From NCBI GenBank assembly GCA_963709585.1, contig CAVPXI010000007.1, positions 128,001 to 192,000 on the forward strand: 64,000 bases of DNA, read 5' to 3'. The notes beneath the pieces were generated by a model. The model saw only the letters and a program-made list of their open reading frames with translations, was not told the origin of the DNA and searched no databases. Below are positions 49,646-59,720 of the stretch, piece by piece. The position numbers and the translations under genes are program-made. Position 1 is the first letter of the stretch; every line of letters starts with the position of its first letter. This DNA is from Candidatus Dormiibacterota bacterium. GTDB taxonomy: Bacteria > Chloroflexota > Dormibacteria > Aeolococcales > Aeolococcaceae.

Positions 49646-50305
49646 TCAGGCGGAAGCGTCTCCCGTCTGCGGCGCCACGGGTGCGCCGGAGGCTCCGTGA
49701 CGGAGGCCGTCGAACAGCAGTCCCACCAGGCGGTCGGAGGCTTCCGAGCGCTCCTGGTCGGTCGACATGCAGATGCCGCCGACGGCACGCAGCAGATCTC
49801 CGCCATCGACGTCGGCGCGGACCGTGCCGGCGGCGACGCCGGCCTCGAGGAGCTTTGTCGCTGCCGCGGTGGCTCGCCCGCGCGTCTGAGCGGAGAAGTT
49901 CGGATTTGAGCTCAACATCGGCTTGAGCGCGGACAGCATGCCCCGCTTGGTGGCCACGTGGCGGACGAACAGCTGCATCCACTCAGCCAGCGCCTCGTCG
50001 GGGGTCGATGTCTCGAGGAGCTCGTCCGCGCGCTCGCACAGGACGTCGACCTCGTGCAGGTACACGGCTTCCACGAGAGCGTCACGGGTGGGGAAATGGC
50101 GGTACAGGGTGCCGATACCGACGCCCGCACCGCGAGCGATGTCCTCGAGCGAGACGTCGGCGCCGCGGGCGGCGAACGCCTCGGCGGCTGCGGCGATCAG
50201 CAGATCGCGATTGCGCACCGCGTCGGCACGGGGACGGCGATCAGCGGACGCCGAATCGGCGGGCTCGATTGCCCCGCTCTCAGCCACCGCGACTTCACGT
50301 CCCAT
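49646..50305 (-). CDS. TetR-family regulator
   Basis: RADAVRNRD.L..AA...FA, SLEDIAR.AGVG.GTLYRHFPTR.AL. Confidence 0.93.
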   Translation of the reverse strand: MGREVAVAESGAIEPADSASADRRPRADAVRNRDLLIAAAAEAFAARGADVSLEDIARGAGVGIGTLYRHFPTRDALVEAVYLHEVDVLCERADELLETSTPDEALAEWMQLFVRHVATKRGMLSALKPMLSSNPNFSAQTRGRATAAATKLLEAGVAAGTVRADVDGGDLLRAVGGICMSTDQERSEASDRLVGLLFDGLRHGASGAPVAPQTGDASA

Positions 50306-50327
50306 ACCAGACCACCAGAACCTCAGG

Positions 50328-50372
50328 TTGCAAAACGGAGGCAACCTCCGTATAATCCGGAGGAAGCGTCCG
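50328..50372 (+). promoter_or_regulatory. Sigma70-type promoter of the MFS gene with overlapping TetR operators
   Basis: TTGCAA (50328)-17 nt-TATAAT (50351); perfect palindrome ACGGAGG-CAA-CCTCCGT (50335-50351) and imperfect copy CGGAGG-AAG-CGTCCG (50358-50372). Confidence 0.75.
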
Positions 50373-50402
50373 TTTCATAAGTCTACCCCACCGGAGGTTC
50401 CC

Positions 50403-51920
50403 ATGTCAGCAACCGCCACTCTCGTCGCCCCGCCCGGCCGGGCAACCCAGCGCCAGCCGCGTCGAGGCCTGGTGCTCGGCATCATCCTGGCCGTCCAGCT
50501 GATGGTTGTCCTCGACGCCACGATCGTGAACATCGCCCTGCCCGACATCGCCGGCGCGCTGCACTTCTCGCCGGCGAACCTGTCGTGGGTGATCACCGCC
50601 TACACCCTGGCCTTCGGAGGCTTCCTCCTCCTCGGTGCCCGGGCCGGCGACCTGCTCGGCCGGCGGCGGGTGTTCATCGCGGGGATCGCGCTCTTCACCC
50701 TGGCGTCGTTCCTCGGCGGCCTGGCATCGTGGAGCGGCTGGCTGCTCGCGGCTCGCGCCCTTCAGGGTGTGGGCGGCGCACTGGCGGCGCCGTCGGCGCT
50801 GGCGCTACTGATGACCATGTTCCAGGACGGACAGGAGCGGGTGCGCGCGATCGGCTGGTACGCCGCCGTCTCCATCGGTGGCGGCGCCATCGGCCTGATC
50901 CTCGGGGGATTGCTGGTCCAATGGGCGTCCTGGCGATGGGTGCTCTTCGTCAACGTGCCGATTGGCATCGTGGTGATCGCGCTCGCACGCCGCCTGCTCG
51001 TCGAGACCCCCAGCCGAAACGGCCACTTCGATGTGCGCGGCGCGCTCACCTCGACCATCGGCGTGACCTCGCTCGCCTACGGCTTCGTGCGCGCCGCAAC
51101 CTCGGGATGGGGCGACACCATCACCATCGCGGCGTTCGCCGCCGGCCTCGCACTGCTGGTGACCTTCGTGTTGCTCGAGCGGCGCGCGCCTGAGCCGATC
51201 ACGCCGCTGCGGCTCTTCGCCGACCGCAGCCGAAGCGCGTCGCACGTCGCGCGCCTCTTCATCACCGCCGGGATGTTCGGGATGTTCTTCTTCCTCACCC
51301 AGTTCCTTCAGGAGGTGCTGCACTACAGCCCGCTGCAGACCGGTCTGGCGTTCCTGCCGTTCACCGTCGCGCTGTTCGCGATGTCCCAGCTCAGCGCGCG
51401 GCGGCTGGTACAGCGATTCGGCGGCAAAACGATGATGGTGGTCGGGTTCACGATGTCGGCGAGCGGAATGGTCCTGATGACTCAGCTCGCTGCGTCGAGC
51501 AGCTACATCTCGTTGCTTGCGCCGCTGGTCCTGTTCGGCGCGGGCAATGGACTGGCGTTCGTGCCCCTGACCTCGACGTCGCTCAGCGGAGTGCGCCCCG
51601 AGGAGGCCGGCGCGGCGTCGGGGCTCGTCAACGTGATGCAGCAACTCGGCGGCGCGCTTGGACTCGCGGTGCTGGTCTCGGTGTTCGGAACCGCCGCGCG
51701 GGGAGCCGGCGTGCAGTCGGTGCTCGCGGCGCAGCGCGCCTTCGTGGTCGGCGCCGACCACGCGTTCATCGCGGCATCATTCTTCGTGAGCGCGACGGTC
51801 GTCGTTCTGGTTGTGGCGATCCGCGGGCGGCGGGCGGCCGCCCGCGCCGCCGCCACCGTCGCCGTGCCCTCGTGGGTGCGCGAGCTCGACGCGACGCCTA
51901 CCGCACTGATTGAGAGTTGA
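50403..51920 (+). CDS. DHA2-family (14-TM) MFS efflux transporter
   Basis: GGAGG RBS; LDATIVNIALP, WVITAY.LAFGG.LLLGAR.GD..GRRR, WRW..FVNVPIG. Confidence 0.93.
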   Translation: MSATATLVAPPGRATQRQPRRGLVLGIILAVQLMVVLDATIVNIALPDIAGALHFSPANLSWVITAYTLAFGGFLLLGARAGDLLGRRRVFIAGIALFTLASFLGGLASWSGWLLAARALQGVGGALAAPSALALLMTMFQDGQERVRAIGWYAAVSIGGGAIGLILGGLLVQWASWRWVLFVNVPIGIVVIALARRLLVETPSRNGHFDVRGALTSTIGVTSLAYGFVRAATSGWGDTITIAAFAAGLALLVTFVLLERRAPEPITPLRLFADRSRSASHVARLFITAGMFGMFFFLTQFLQEVLHYSPLQTGLAFLPFTVALFAMSQLSARRLVQRFGGKTMMVVGFTMSASGMVLMTQLAASSSYISLLAPLVLFGAGNGLAFVPLTSTSLSGVRPEEAGAASGLVNVMQQLGGALGLAVLVSVFGTAARGAGVQSVLAAQRAFVVGADHAFIAASFFVSATVVVLVVAIRGRRAAARAAATVAVPSWVRELDATPTALIES

Positions 51921-52455
51921 CCCCTCCGATGAAGATGGTCGAGCGGAAGTAGGCGAGCTCGGCGATCAACTCTCGGATATCGTCGAGCGCTCGGTGCGCC
52001 TCTCGCTTGGGAGGCGCACCGGCGAGAATGTCGGGATACCAGCGCCGGCACAGCTCCTTGAGGGTCGAGACGTCGATCGACCGGTAGTGCAGGAAGTTCT
52101 CGACGTCGGGCAAGTGTGCTGCGAGAAAACGCCGGTCCGTCCCGATGGAGTTGCCGCAGAGCGGTACCGTTCGCGGCTCGTGGATGTGGGTGCCGAGGAA
52201 GTCCAGCGTGAGCCGGCCGGCCTCGGCAAGCGAGATCGTCGAGGACTCGATGGCCGTCGTGAGCCCGGATCGAGCGTGCATGCTTCGGACCACGTGGTCC
52301 ATGCCTTCGAGCTCGTCGGCGGTCGCGTGGACGACGATATCCGGGCCCTCGGCGATCGGCCTGAGCTGGTCGTCGGTCAGCAGCGTCGCGATCTCGACGA
52401 TCACGTGCCGTGCCGGGTCGAGACCGGTCATCTCCAGGTCCATCCAGGCGAGCAC
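51898..52455 (-). CDS. orn: Oligoribonuclease
   Basis: WMDLEMTGLD, EIAT..TD, MH..SGL, LCGNSI..DRRFL, HYRSIDVSTLKEL, HRALDDI. Confidence 0.96.
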   Translation of the reverse strand: MLAWMDLEMTGLDPARHVIVEIATLLTDDQLRPIAEGPDIVVHATADELEGMDHVVRSMHARSGLTTAIESSTISLAEAGRLTLDFLGTHIHEPRTVPLCGNSIGTDRRFLAAHLPDVENFLHYRSIDVSTLKELCRRWYPDILAGAPPKREAHRALDDIRELIAELAYFRSTIFIGGVNSQSVR

Positions 52456-52480
52456 GGCCCGATCCTAGCGGGATAGCCAA

Positions 52481-53275
52481 TCAGGCGTAGCCCGCGGCAT
52501 CCGACGCGACGCGCTGCGCGAGATAGACGGGGATGGCAGACGCGATGATCACCCCGAGCGCCACGGCGTTGACGATGGGCAGCTGGTTCGGCCGCGAGAG
52601 GTTGGCGAAGATCCAGATGGGCAGCGTCTCGTTGAATCCGGCGGTGAACGTGGTCACGATGATCTCGTCGAACGAGAGCGCGAACGCGAGCAGCGCTCCC
52701 GCGATCAGCGCGGATCGGATCACAGGCAGTGTGACGAAGCGAAAGGTCTGCCAGGGATCCGCGCCCAAATCGGCGGATGCCTCGACCAGCGAACCTGGCG
52801 TGCGCCGCATGCGCGCGATCACGTTGTTGTAGACGGTCACCACGCAGAATGTCGCGTGCCCGACGATCAGGGTGAAAAGACTGAGGCCGCCGAAAAGCGT
52901 CCGGAACGTCGTGTTCAGCGCGATCCCGGTGACGATGCCGGGGAGCGCAACCGGAAGAATGACCAGGAAGGACACCGTGTTGCGGCCGAAGAAGCGATGG
53001 CGGTGGACCGCGGCTGCCAGGAGGCTGCCGAGCACGAGCGCGATCGCGGTGGCGACCAGCCCCACCTGGACGGAGAGGAGCAGCGCGCTCCTCGCGCCGG
53101 GATTGCCGATCGCCGCCTGGATCCATTGCAGTGTCAGGCCGGTCACCGGCCACTTCTGGCTCTTGGACGGGTTGAACGCGTACAGGATGATGAGCAGAAT
53201 GGGCAGGTAGATCAGCACGAGCAGGCAGCCCGACGAGGTCACCAGCCCGATGCGCAGGCGTCGCGAAAGTTGCAC
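52481..53275 (-). CDS. Polyamine-type ABC permease (PotC-like)
   Basis: IYLPI..I..YAFN, EASADLGA EAA loop, AFALSFDEI. Confidence 0.9.
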   Translation of the reverse strand: MQLSRRLRIGLVTSSGCLLVLIYLPILLIILYAFNPSKSQKWPVTGLTLQWIQAAIGNPGARSALLLSVQVGLVATAIALVLGSLLAAAVHRHRFFGRNTVSFLVILPVALPGIVTGIALNTTFRTLFGGLSLFTLIVGHATFCVVTVYNNVIARMRRTPGSLVEASADLGADPWQTFRFVTLPVIRSALIAGALLAFALSFDEIIVTTFTAGFNETLPIWIFANLSRPNQLPIVNAVALGVIIASAIPVYLAQRVASDAAGYA

Positions 53276-54174
53276 TACAGCGCCTCGAATGCGCCGGCCC
53301 GGCGCGCGAGCAGCAGATAGACGACCATCACGAGGACGGGGACCGTCGCGAACGCCGCGGCCAGGGGCAGGTCGCCTACCACGCCGAGGTTTGCGTAGAT
53401 GACGCTCCCGATGAATTGCGTGCTCGACACCTGGCTGACGGCGATGTAATCGCCGAGCGTCAATGAGAACGTGAAGATCGAGCCCGCGACAAGCGCCGGG
53501 AACACCAGCGGCAGGACCACGGAGCGAAACGTCTGCCAGGTGCGCGCGCCGAGGTCCGTCGACGCTTCGAGGAGCGAGTTGGGCACGCGTTCGAACCCGG
53601 CCGCGAGCGGCAGGATCATGTACGGAAGCCAGATGTACGCCAGCACCAGGTACACCGCGACCTCGCCGAACCCGGGCCCGGACAGGTGCAGCGGTTTCAG
53701 CACCCAGTTGAGCACGCCGCCGTCCGAGAGGATCAGACGCCAGGCGAGGATCTTGACGAGATAGCTCGTCCAGAGCGGCATCAGCACCAGCACACCAAGA
53801 ACGGATCGGAGTTTTGGTCCGGCCAGCTTTCCCATCACGAAGGCAATCGGGAAGGCGAGCACCGCATCGGTCAGGGTGACCAGCGCGGCGATCAGGACCG
53901 TACGGCCGGCAATGGTTCGATACACCGGATCTGAGAGCAGCGCCACGAAGTTCTCGAGGCTGAACGTCTTGGTGATGGTGAAGGTGATGTTTGCGTCGTA
54001 GTGCCAGAAGGCAGCCGCAAACAGAACGGCGAGCGAGCCGAGGTAGAAGACGACGAGCCACCCGACCGGCGCGGCGAGCAGGCCGGTGACCCGGATCCCC
54101 GGCCAGCGGGCGAGGATCCGGGCGATCCGGCGGGTCAGTGTCGGCCGGTAGGTCGACAGCTGACCTGCGCTCAT
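53275..54174 (-). CDS. Polyamine-type ABC permease (PotB-like)
   Basis: PLWTSYLVKI.AW, LPYMILP, EASTDLGA, FSLTLGDY. Confidence 0.9.
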   Translation of the reverse strand: MSAGQLSTYRPTLTRRIARILARWPGIRVTGLLAAPVGWLVVFYLGSLAVLFAAAFWHYDANITFTITKTFSLENFVALLSDPVYRTIAGRTVLIAALVTLTDAVLAFPIAFVMGKLAGPKLRSVLGVLVLMPLWTSYLVKILAWRLILSDGGVLNWVLKPLHLSGPGFGEVAVYLVLAYIWLPYMILPLAAGFERVPNSLLEASTDLGARTWQTFRSVVLPLVFPALVAGSIFTFSLTLGDYIAVSQVSSTQFIGSVIYANLGVVGDLPLAAAFATVPVLVMVVYLLLARRAGAFEAL

Positions 54175-54195
54175 CTCAACACCCGGCGCTGCGGT

Positions 54196-55380
54196 CTATC
54201 CCTTGATGTCGGTCCACGCATGCAGCCACGCGGCGTATCCCATGCAGACGTTGCCCCTGCTGTCTCCGCAATTGGTGAGCGGAACCTTCCAGAGCGCGAG
54301 GTCGTGCAGATAGATGGCATCGCCGACGTGGTACGTCGCGCAGAACGTGGGGTCGCTCTTGGCGATGATGTCGCACGCCTTGAGGTTGGCCGGCGCCTCG
54401 CCGAACCACTGCGCCACCTGCGCCTGCACGTTGGGGGTGGTGATCCAGTTCATCCACAGGTACATGCAGTTCGGGTGCGCGGCCTTCGAGTACATCATCC
54501 AGGTGTCGGACCACCCGGTCGATCCCTCCTTGGGGACGGTGACCGCCACAGGCGTCGGGTTCTTGTCGGTGAGCAGCAGGTTCGCGATCACCTGCCACGT
54601 GGTTCCAACGACGGAATCAGCGTTGGCGAACGCCGACTGCTCCTTGGTGTAGTCGGACCAGTAGGTCCCGATGACCGTGTGCTGGACCTTGAGCAACGCG
54701 ACCGCGGCGTTGAACTGCGTGCTGTCCAGCTCATATGGATCGGTGATGTGCAAATCCGGGCGCGTCGACTTCAGGTAGAGCGCCGCGTCGGCGATGTAGA
54801 TCGGATCGTCGTACGCCGTGATCTTTCCAATGTATGGCGAGTTCGGATCGAACACCACGCCCCAGGAGTCAGGCGCCGGCTTGACGATGTCGGTGCGCCA
54901 CATGAGGAGGTTGGCACCCCAGCCGTGCGGCACCCCGTAGTTCACTCCCTGGTACGTGTTGTACGGCTGATTCTTGAGACTGGGGTTGATGTCGGGGTAG
55001 TTGGTCAGCAGGTTGACGTTGATCGGCGCGACGGTCCCGCTCGCCATGAGGCGGAGGGTCGCATTGCCGGATGCCGAGACGCCGTCGTACTGACCGGTGT
55101 CCATCAACGCCACCATCTCATCCGACGTGTTGGCGATCTTGGCGTTGACCTTGCAGCCCGTCTGGTTCTGGAAGGGCGTCACCCAGTCCACGGTCGGGTC
55201 GTCCTGACCGGCTTCCGCGTACCCGGCCCAGACGATGATGTTGAGTGCCCCCTCCCCTTTTCCGATCTTGGTGAGCATGGTCGGTCCCGAGGGACCGCTG
55301 CTGCCGGCCGAGCCGCAGGCGGCGATCCCCAACGATGCGCACGCCGCGCCGATCCATAGTCGCGACCTGCCAGTGATCAT
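54196..55380 (-). CDS. Polyamine-type ABC substrate-binding lipoprotein (PotD/YdcS-like)
   Basis: Lipobox GIAAC; GEGALNII.WAGY, F...TGCKV, PKEG.TGWSD. Confidence 0.9.
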   Translation of the reverse strand: MITGRSRLWIGAACASLGIAACGSAGSSGPSGPTMLTKIGKGEGALNIIVWAGYAEAGQDDPTVDWVTPFQNQTGCKVNAKIANTSDEMVALMDTGQYDGVSASGNATLRLMASGTVAPINVNLLTNYPDINPSLKNQPYNTYQGVNYGVPHGWGANLLMWRTDIVKPAPDSWGVVFDPNSPYIGKITAYDDPIYIADAALYLKSTRPDLHITDPYELDSTQFNAAVALLKVQHTVIGTYWSDYTKEQSAFANADSVVGTTWQVIANLLLTDKNPTPVAVTVPKEGSTGWSDTWMMYSKAAHPNCMYLWMNWITTPNVQAQVAQWFGEAPANLKACDIIAKSDPTFCATYHVGDAIYLHDLALWKVPLTNCGDSRGNVCMGYAAWLHAWTDIKG

Positions 55381-56495
55381 GCTTCTGCCTCCAATTGGGT
55401 GTCTGCGATTGAGCCCGAGCTGAGTGCCATGGTTTGATCCCGTTGCCATACGAGGCGTACCTCACGACCCTGCTGCGCCTGCGCGTCGGTCGCAGTCGAG
55501 GTGACGTTCTGGGTCGCGACGCGCAGGGTGCGATCAGCTGCGACCGCCACCACGTATGCCGTCTCGGCGCCGAGATAGACGATGTCCCGAACCGTCCCGA
55601 CGACCGTGCAGGCATCGGCTGCGACCGGGGCGTCGACCCTGACGATGCGGATCTTCTCCGGACGGATCATGAAGCGGCCATGCTCGCCGATGATGCGCAC
55701 AGCGAGGTCGCCGTCGATGAGATTGGACGCACCCACGAACCCCGCCACGAACGGCGTCGCCGGGCGCTCGTAGATCTCCGCGGGCGTGCCCACCTGCTCG
55801 ATGTGGCCGGCGCCGAACACGGCGATGCGATCGCTGAGCGCGAGCGCCTCGTGCTGGTCGTGGGTGACGAAGATGAAGGTGATGCCGGCGCCGCGCTGCA
55901 CATCCTTGAGCTCCACCTGCATCTCCTCACGGAGCTTGGTGTCGAGCGCACCCAGCGGCTCGTCGAGCAGGAGCACGCGGGGACGGTTGATCAGGGCACG
56001 CGCCAGGGCGACCCGCTGGCGCTGGCCGCCGCTGAGCTCGGACGGCTTGCGCGATTCGAAGCCGCCGAGTCGCATGGTCTCCAGCACTTCCGCAACTCTC
56101 CCGGCCCGCTGGCGGCGGGGCACACGGCGCACCCGGAGGCTGTACCCGACGTTCTCACCAACCGTCATGTGCGGAAAGAGGGCGTAGTCCTGGAAAACCG
56201 TGTTGACGTTGCGCTCGAAGGGCGGCACGTTGGTGACATCGCGTCCGTGCAGCCGGACGGTGCCGCTGGTCGGCCGCTCGAAGCCGGCGATGAGGCGAAG
56301 GGTCGTGGTCTTGCCCGATCCCGATGGGCCGAGGAGCGAGAAAAACTCGCCATCACGGATGTCCAGCGTGATCCCGCTGATCGCGACATTGGTGCCGAAC
56401 CGCTTGGTGAGCCCGTCCAGCGACACCGCGGCCGGGTGGGTGGCCCCGGTCGCCTCCCGTTCGCGACTTTCCGTCAGGTTCTCTCGAGCCAGCAC
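55377..56495 (-). CDS. Polyamine-type ABC ATPase (PotA-like)
   Basis: GPSGSGKTT, VFQDYALFPH, LSGGQRQR, LDEPLGALD, C-terminal TOBE-like domain. Confidence 0.92.
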   Translation of the reverse strand: MLARENLTESREREATGATHPAAVSLDGLTKRFGTNVAISGITLDIRDGEFFSLLGPSGSGKTTTLRLIAGFERPTSGTVRLHGRDVTNVPPFERNVNTVFQDYALFPHMTVGENVGYSLRVRRVPRRQRAGRVAEVLETMRLGGFESRKPSELSGGQRQRVALARALINRPRVLLLDEPLGALDTKLREEMQVELKDVQRGAGITFIFVTHDQHEALALSDRIAVFGAGHIEQVGTPAEIYERPATPFVAGFVGASNLIDGDLAVRIIGEHGRFMIRPEKIRIVRVDAPVAADACTVVGTVRDIVYLGAETAYVVAVAADRTLRVATQNVTSTATDAQAQQGREVRLVWQRDQTMALSSGSIADTQLEAEA

Positions 56496-56768
56496 GTGGT
56501 TCCCTAAGCTCGGCGCGCGCGACGGCTTCCGCAACCCGATCCGCGAGCGTGTCGGTCGAGATGCTAGCGCCTGAGATGGCATCGCGTGGGCGCCGAGAGG
56601 GCGCCGAGCCTTGCCACGCAGCGGCGAACGGGGCAACTCGATCCAGACACCCGCTCCGAGGAGCGCGGTCAAGGGCGGCGTCGATCCGCTGTAACAGCCG
56701 CGAGTATCCATATCGCGAACCGGCGCTCAGCCGGCGGATGTGCGGCGGAGACCGCGGAGAACAAACCA

Positions 56769-57338
56769 GTGAAACGACAACTTTTCATCAGTGGTGGCGC
56801 AGTCGCTCTGCTCCTCATGGCAGCGTGCGGTTCCGCAACCAACGCCGCCACGTCGCCGACCGCGACTGCGATGCCGTCGATTGCGCCGACCGCAACACCA
56901 ACACCGCCACCGACACCGCTTGCGACTCCGGTTCCAACAGCGATGCCGACACCGGCGCGAGCGACGCCCCCGCCCGCGACGGGTACCACGGTGAGCCTGC
57001 GCAGCGTCGGTGGTCTCGGGCAGATCCTTGTCGGCTCAAACGGCAAAACGCTCTACCTCTTCCTGGCTGACAGCGGCGTGATGTCGAGATGCACCGGCTC
57101 GTGCGCGCAGAATTGGCCGCCGCTGACCACTGCCGGGCTCCCGCGCGCCGCGGGCGGTGTGTTAGAGGGCCTGCTCGGAACGAGCAGACGCGGAAACGGC
57201 ACCACGCAGGTGACCTACAACGGACATCCCCTCTACTACTTCATCGCAGATGCCGGCCCGGGCATGGCCGGCGGCGAGGGGATCAACGCCTTCGGCGGTC
57301 GCTGGGAAGTTGTCGATGCGGCCGGTGCTGGTCGCTAA
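56769..57338 (+). CDS. COG4315-type secreted repeat lipoprotein (copy 1) with Pro/Thr linker
   Basis: Lipobox LMAAC; GKTLYLF..D...C.GSCA..WPP; QVTYNGHPLYYF..D..PG...GEG...FGG.W. Confidence 0.88.
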   Translation: MKRQLFISGGAVALLLMAACGSATNAATSPTATAMPSIAPTATPTPPPTPLATPVPTAMPTPARATPPPATGTTVSLRSVGGLGQILVGSNGKTLYLFLADSGVMSRCTGSCAQNWPPLTTAGLPRAAGGVLEGLLGTSRRGNGTTQVTYNGHPLYYFIADAGPGMAGGEGINAFGGRWEVVDAAGAGR

Positions 57339-57354
57339 ATGAGTTTGATGCGAC

Positions 57355-57735
57355 TCAGTGCAGCACCGCAATGACATTCCGAGCTGGATCCATGAACCAC
57401 GCGACGTCCGGACCGGTGTTGTGCTCTCTACCACGCACGATCCCTTTCGCATCGACGCCCGGAAAGTTCTCGTAGCGCAGGACTTCGACGCCTCGTTTGG
57501 CCAGCTCGTCGACCGCGTCGTCGACGTTCTCGACCTCGAAGTTCAGGATCGTAAAGGTCGCGGGTTGATGGTCGGGTTTCGGATAGAAGAACACCGAGCC
57601 GCCGCCGGGTAGGTGGATCCGTGCCCCGACGCCGTCAGCCTCCACCGTCAGACCCAACGTCGACGAATAGAACTCCTTGGCCTTCGCCAGGTTGTCCACA
57701 GAGAAACCGCTGAATGCCCCTGTTGGTGTGAACAT
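57355..57735 (-). CDS. VOC/glyoxalase family protein
   Basis: AFSGFSV.....AKEFY..TLGL, YPK.DH.PATFTILNF, AWF.DPA.N. Confidence 0.9.
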   Translation of the reverse strand: MFTPTGAFSGFSVDNLAKAKEFYSSTLGLTVEADGVGARIHLPGGGSVFFYPKPDHQPATFTILNFEVENVDDAVDELAKRGVEVLRYENFPGVDAKGIVRGREHNTGPDVAWFMDPARNVIAVLH

Positions 57736-57839
57736 CGTCAACCTCATCCTCGCCTGGGTTGATGCACCGGTTCGAAGCTGGATGATAGGGCGCGGTACGC
57801 TAGCGCGCACTCGCAGATCCGCCGACGGGAGACACGGAG

Positions 57840-58947
57840 ATGACCACAGCCGGCCCGAGCGTCACCTACAGGAGTCCGCTCCACCAGATGACGCAGACGA
57901 CGCCAACATGCCTCTGGAACAACTCCGCGTCGATCGACGAGCTCACCTACGCCATCGAGCACGGCGCGGTCGGCGCGACGTGCAATCCGGTGATCGCCAT
58001 GTCGGTGCTCAAGGGCGACATCGCCACGTGGCGGCCGCGAGCCGACAGCCTGCTCCGCGAGCTTCCCACCGCCACCGAGGACACCATCGCCTGGAAGCTC
58101 GTCGAGGAGCTGTCGGTCAGGGCCGCACGGCTCCTCGAACCGATCTTCGAGACGCATCGCGGACGCAACGGGCGCCTCTCCATCCAGACGGATCCCCGTT
58201 TCTTCCGCGACAGCGATGCAATCCTCGAGCAGGCGCTCAGGTTCGACCGGCTGGGCCCGAACATGATCGTGAAGATCCCGGTGACCCGGGCTGGGATCGC
58301 GGCGATCGAGGAGGCGACCTACCAGGGCATCAGCATCAACGCAACGGTCTGCTTCACCCTTCCGCAATGCATCGCGGTCGCCGAGGCCGTCGAGCGCGGC
58401 CTCCGGCGACGCGAGCAGGAGGGCAAGAGCATCGAGTTCGATGGGGCCGGTCTGCACGATCATGGTGGGCAGGCTCGACGACTGGCTCAAGGTGGTGATG
58501 GAGCGCGATGGGATCACCATCGATCCGGGCTATCTCGAATGGGCCGGCGTGGCCGTGTTCAAGAAGGCCTACGGAATCTTCCGCGAGCGCGGGTACCGGA
58601 TCCGCCTGCTCTCGGCGGCGTTTCGCAACCACATGCACTGGAGCGAGTTCATCGGCGCGGATGCGGTGGTCTCACCCACCTCCGCGTGGCAGAAGCGCCT
58701 CAATGCAGGCGATATCGAGGTGATGCCGCGCATCGACCTCCCCGTCGATCCGAAGGTCGTGGAGGGACTCCTCGCGCACTTCCTGGACTTTCGTCGCGCG
58801 TACTCCGAGGACGGCCTCGGGGTCGTCGAGTTCGACGATTTTGCCCCGACGCGGCGAACGCTGCGCCAGTTCTGCGCGGCGTGCGGTGATCTGAACGCAT
58901 TCGTTCGCGATGTCCTGATCCCCGACCCGGATCGGGGGAGCGCGTGA
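57840..58947 (+). CDS. Transaldolase-family protein (apparent +1 frameshift near 58437)
   Basis: GATCNP, GRLSIQ, NMIVKIP (Schiff-base Lys), INATVCF, MVGRLDD, LLSAAFR. Confidence 0.88.
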
Positions 58948-59720
58948 ACGCGACCTCATTGATCCGCGCCGGCGAGCAGACCACGTACATCTCGCTCGAT
59001 CTGATCGCCGCGGAGCCGGGAGAATCAATTGAGCTTGGACCCGGCTCGGAACGGCTTGCGGTCATTCTCTCCGGGCGCGCCCAACTCATGCTGGACGGCC
59101 AGGATTCCGGCGTCGTCGGCGGCAGAGCGAGTGTCTTCGAGGGGCCGGGCGATGCCGTGTACGTGCCTCCAACATCGTCGGCTGTGCTGGTGCCGAGCCG
59201 TGAGGGTGCCACCGACGTGACCGTGGCGGTTGCCGCCGCGCCGGCCGGTCCGCAACCGCCTGGGGCGGCGCGGGTCATCCTGGGCACGGCCCAACGCGAG
59301 ACCGTGGTCGGAAGCGGAAGCTGGGGCCGGAGGGTCCGGACCATCCTCGGCCCCGACGATGCTGCGTCGCGGCTCATCGTGGGGGAAACCGTGCACAGCG
59401 AGCCGGGCACCTGGTCGTCGTTCCCGCCGCATCGGCACGACCGCGACACGCCCGATGAGGTGCGGCTCGAGGAGGTCTACTACTATCGGGTGCATCCTGC
59501 CAACGGCTTTGCGGTGCAGGTCCGGTACGACACCGACACAGAGCACGAGGACCTGCGGATCGTGCGCGACGGCGACGCCGCGGCGATCACGTCGGGCTTC
59601 CATCCGCTCGTGGCTGCTCCCGGCCATGGCCTCTACTACCTGTGGGTCCTGGCCGGAGAGCAGCGTGCGATGCGGGTGTACGTCGATCCCCGCTATCGGT
59701 GGGTCACCACGGCCGGATAA
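58944..59720 (+). CDS. iolB: 5-deoxy-glucuronate isomerase
   Basis: GGRASVF, LIVGE, WSSFPPHRHD, LEEVYYY, GFHP..A.PG...YYLW..AG. Confidence 0.88.
   Translation: MNATSLIRAGEQTTYISLDLIAAEPGESIELGPGSERLAVILSGRAQLMLDGQDSGVVGGRASVFEGPGDAVYVPPTSSAVLVPSREGATDVTVAVAAAPAGPQPPGAARVILGTAQRETVVGSGSWGRRVRTILGPDDAASRLIVGETVHSEPGTWSSFPPHRHDRDTPDEVRLEEVYYYRVHPANGFAVQVRYDTDTEHEDLRIVRDGDAAAITSGFHPLVAAPGHGLYYLWVLAGEQRAMRVYVDPRYRWVTTAG

Noticed and set aside
56845-56985. Repetitive CCGAC/ACC-rich tract as a tandem repeat or CRISPR
   Set aside because: It encodes the Pro/Thr/Ala linker of a lipoprotein; no fixed repeat-spacer period
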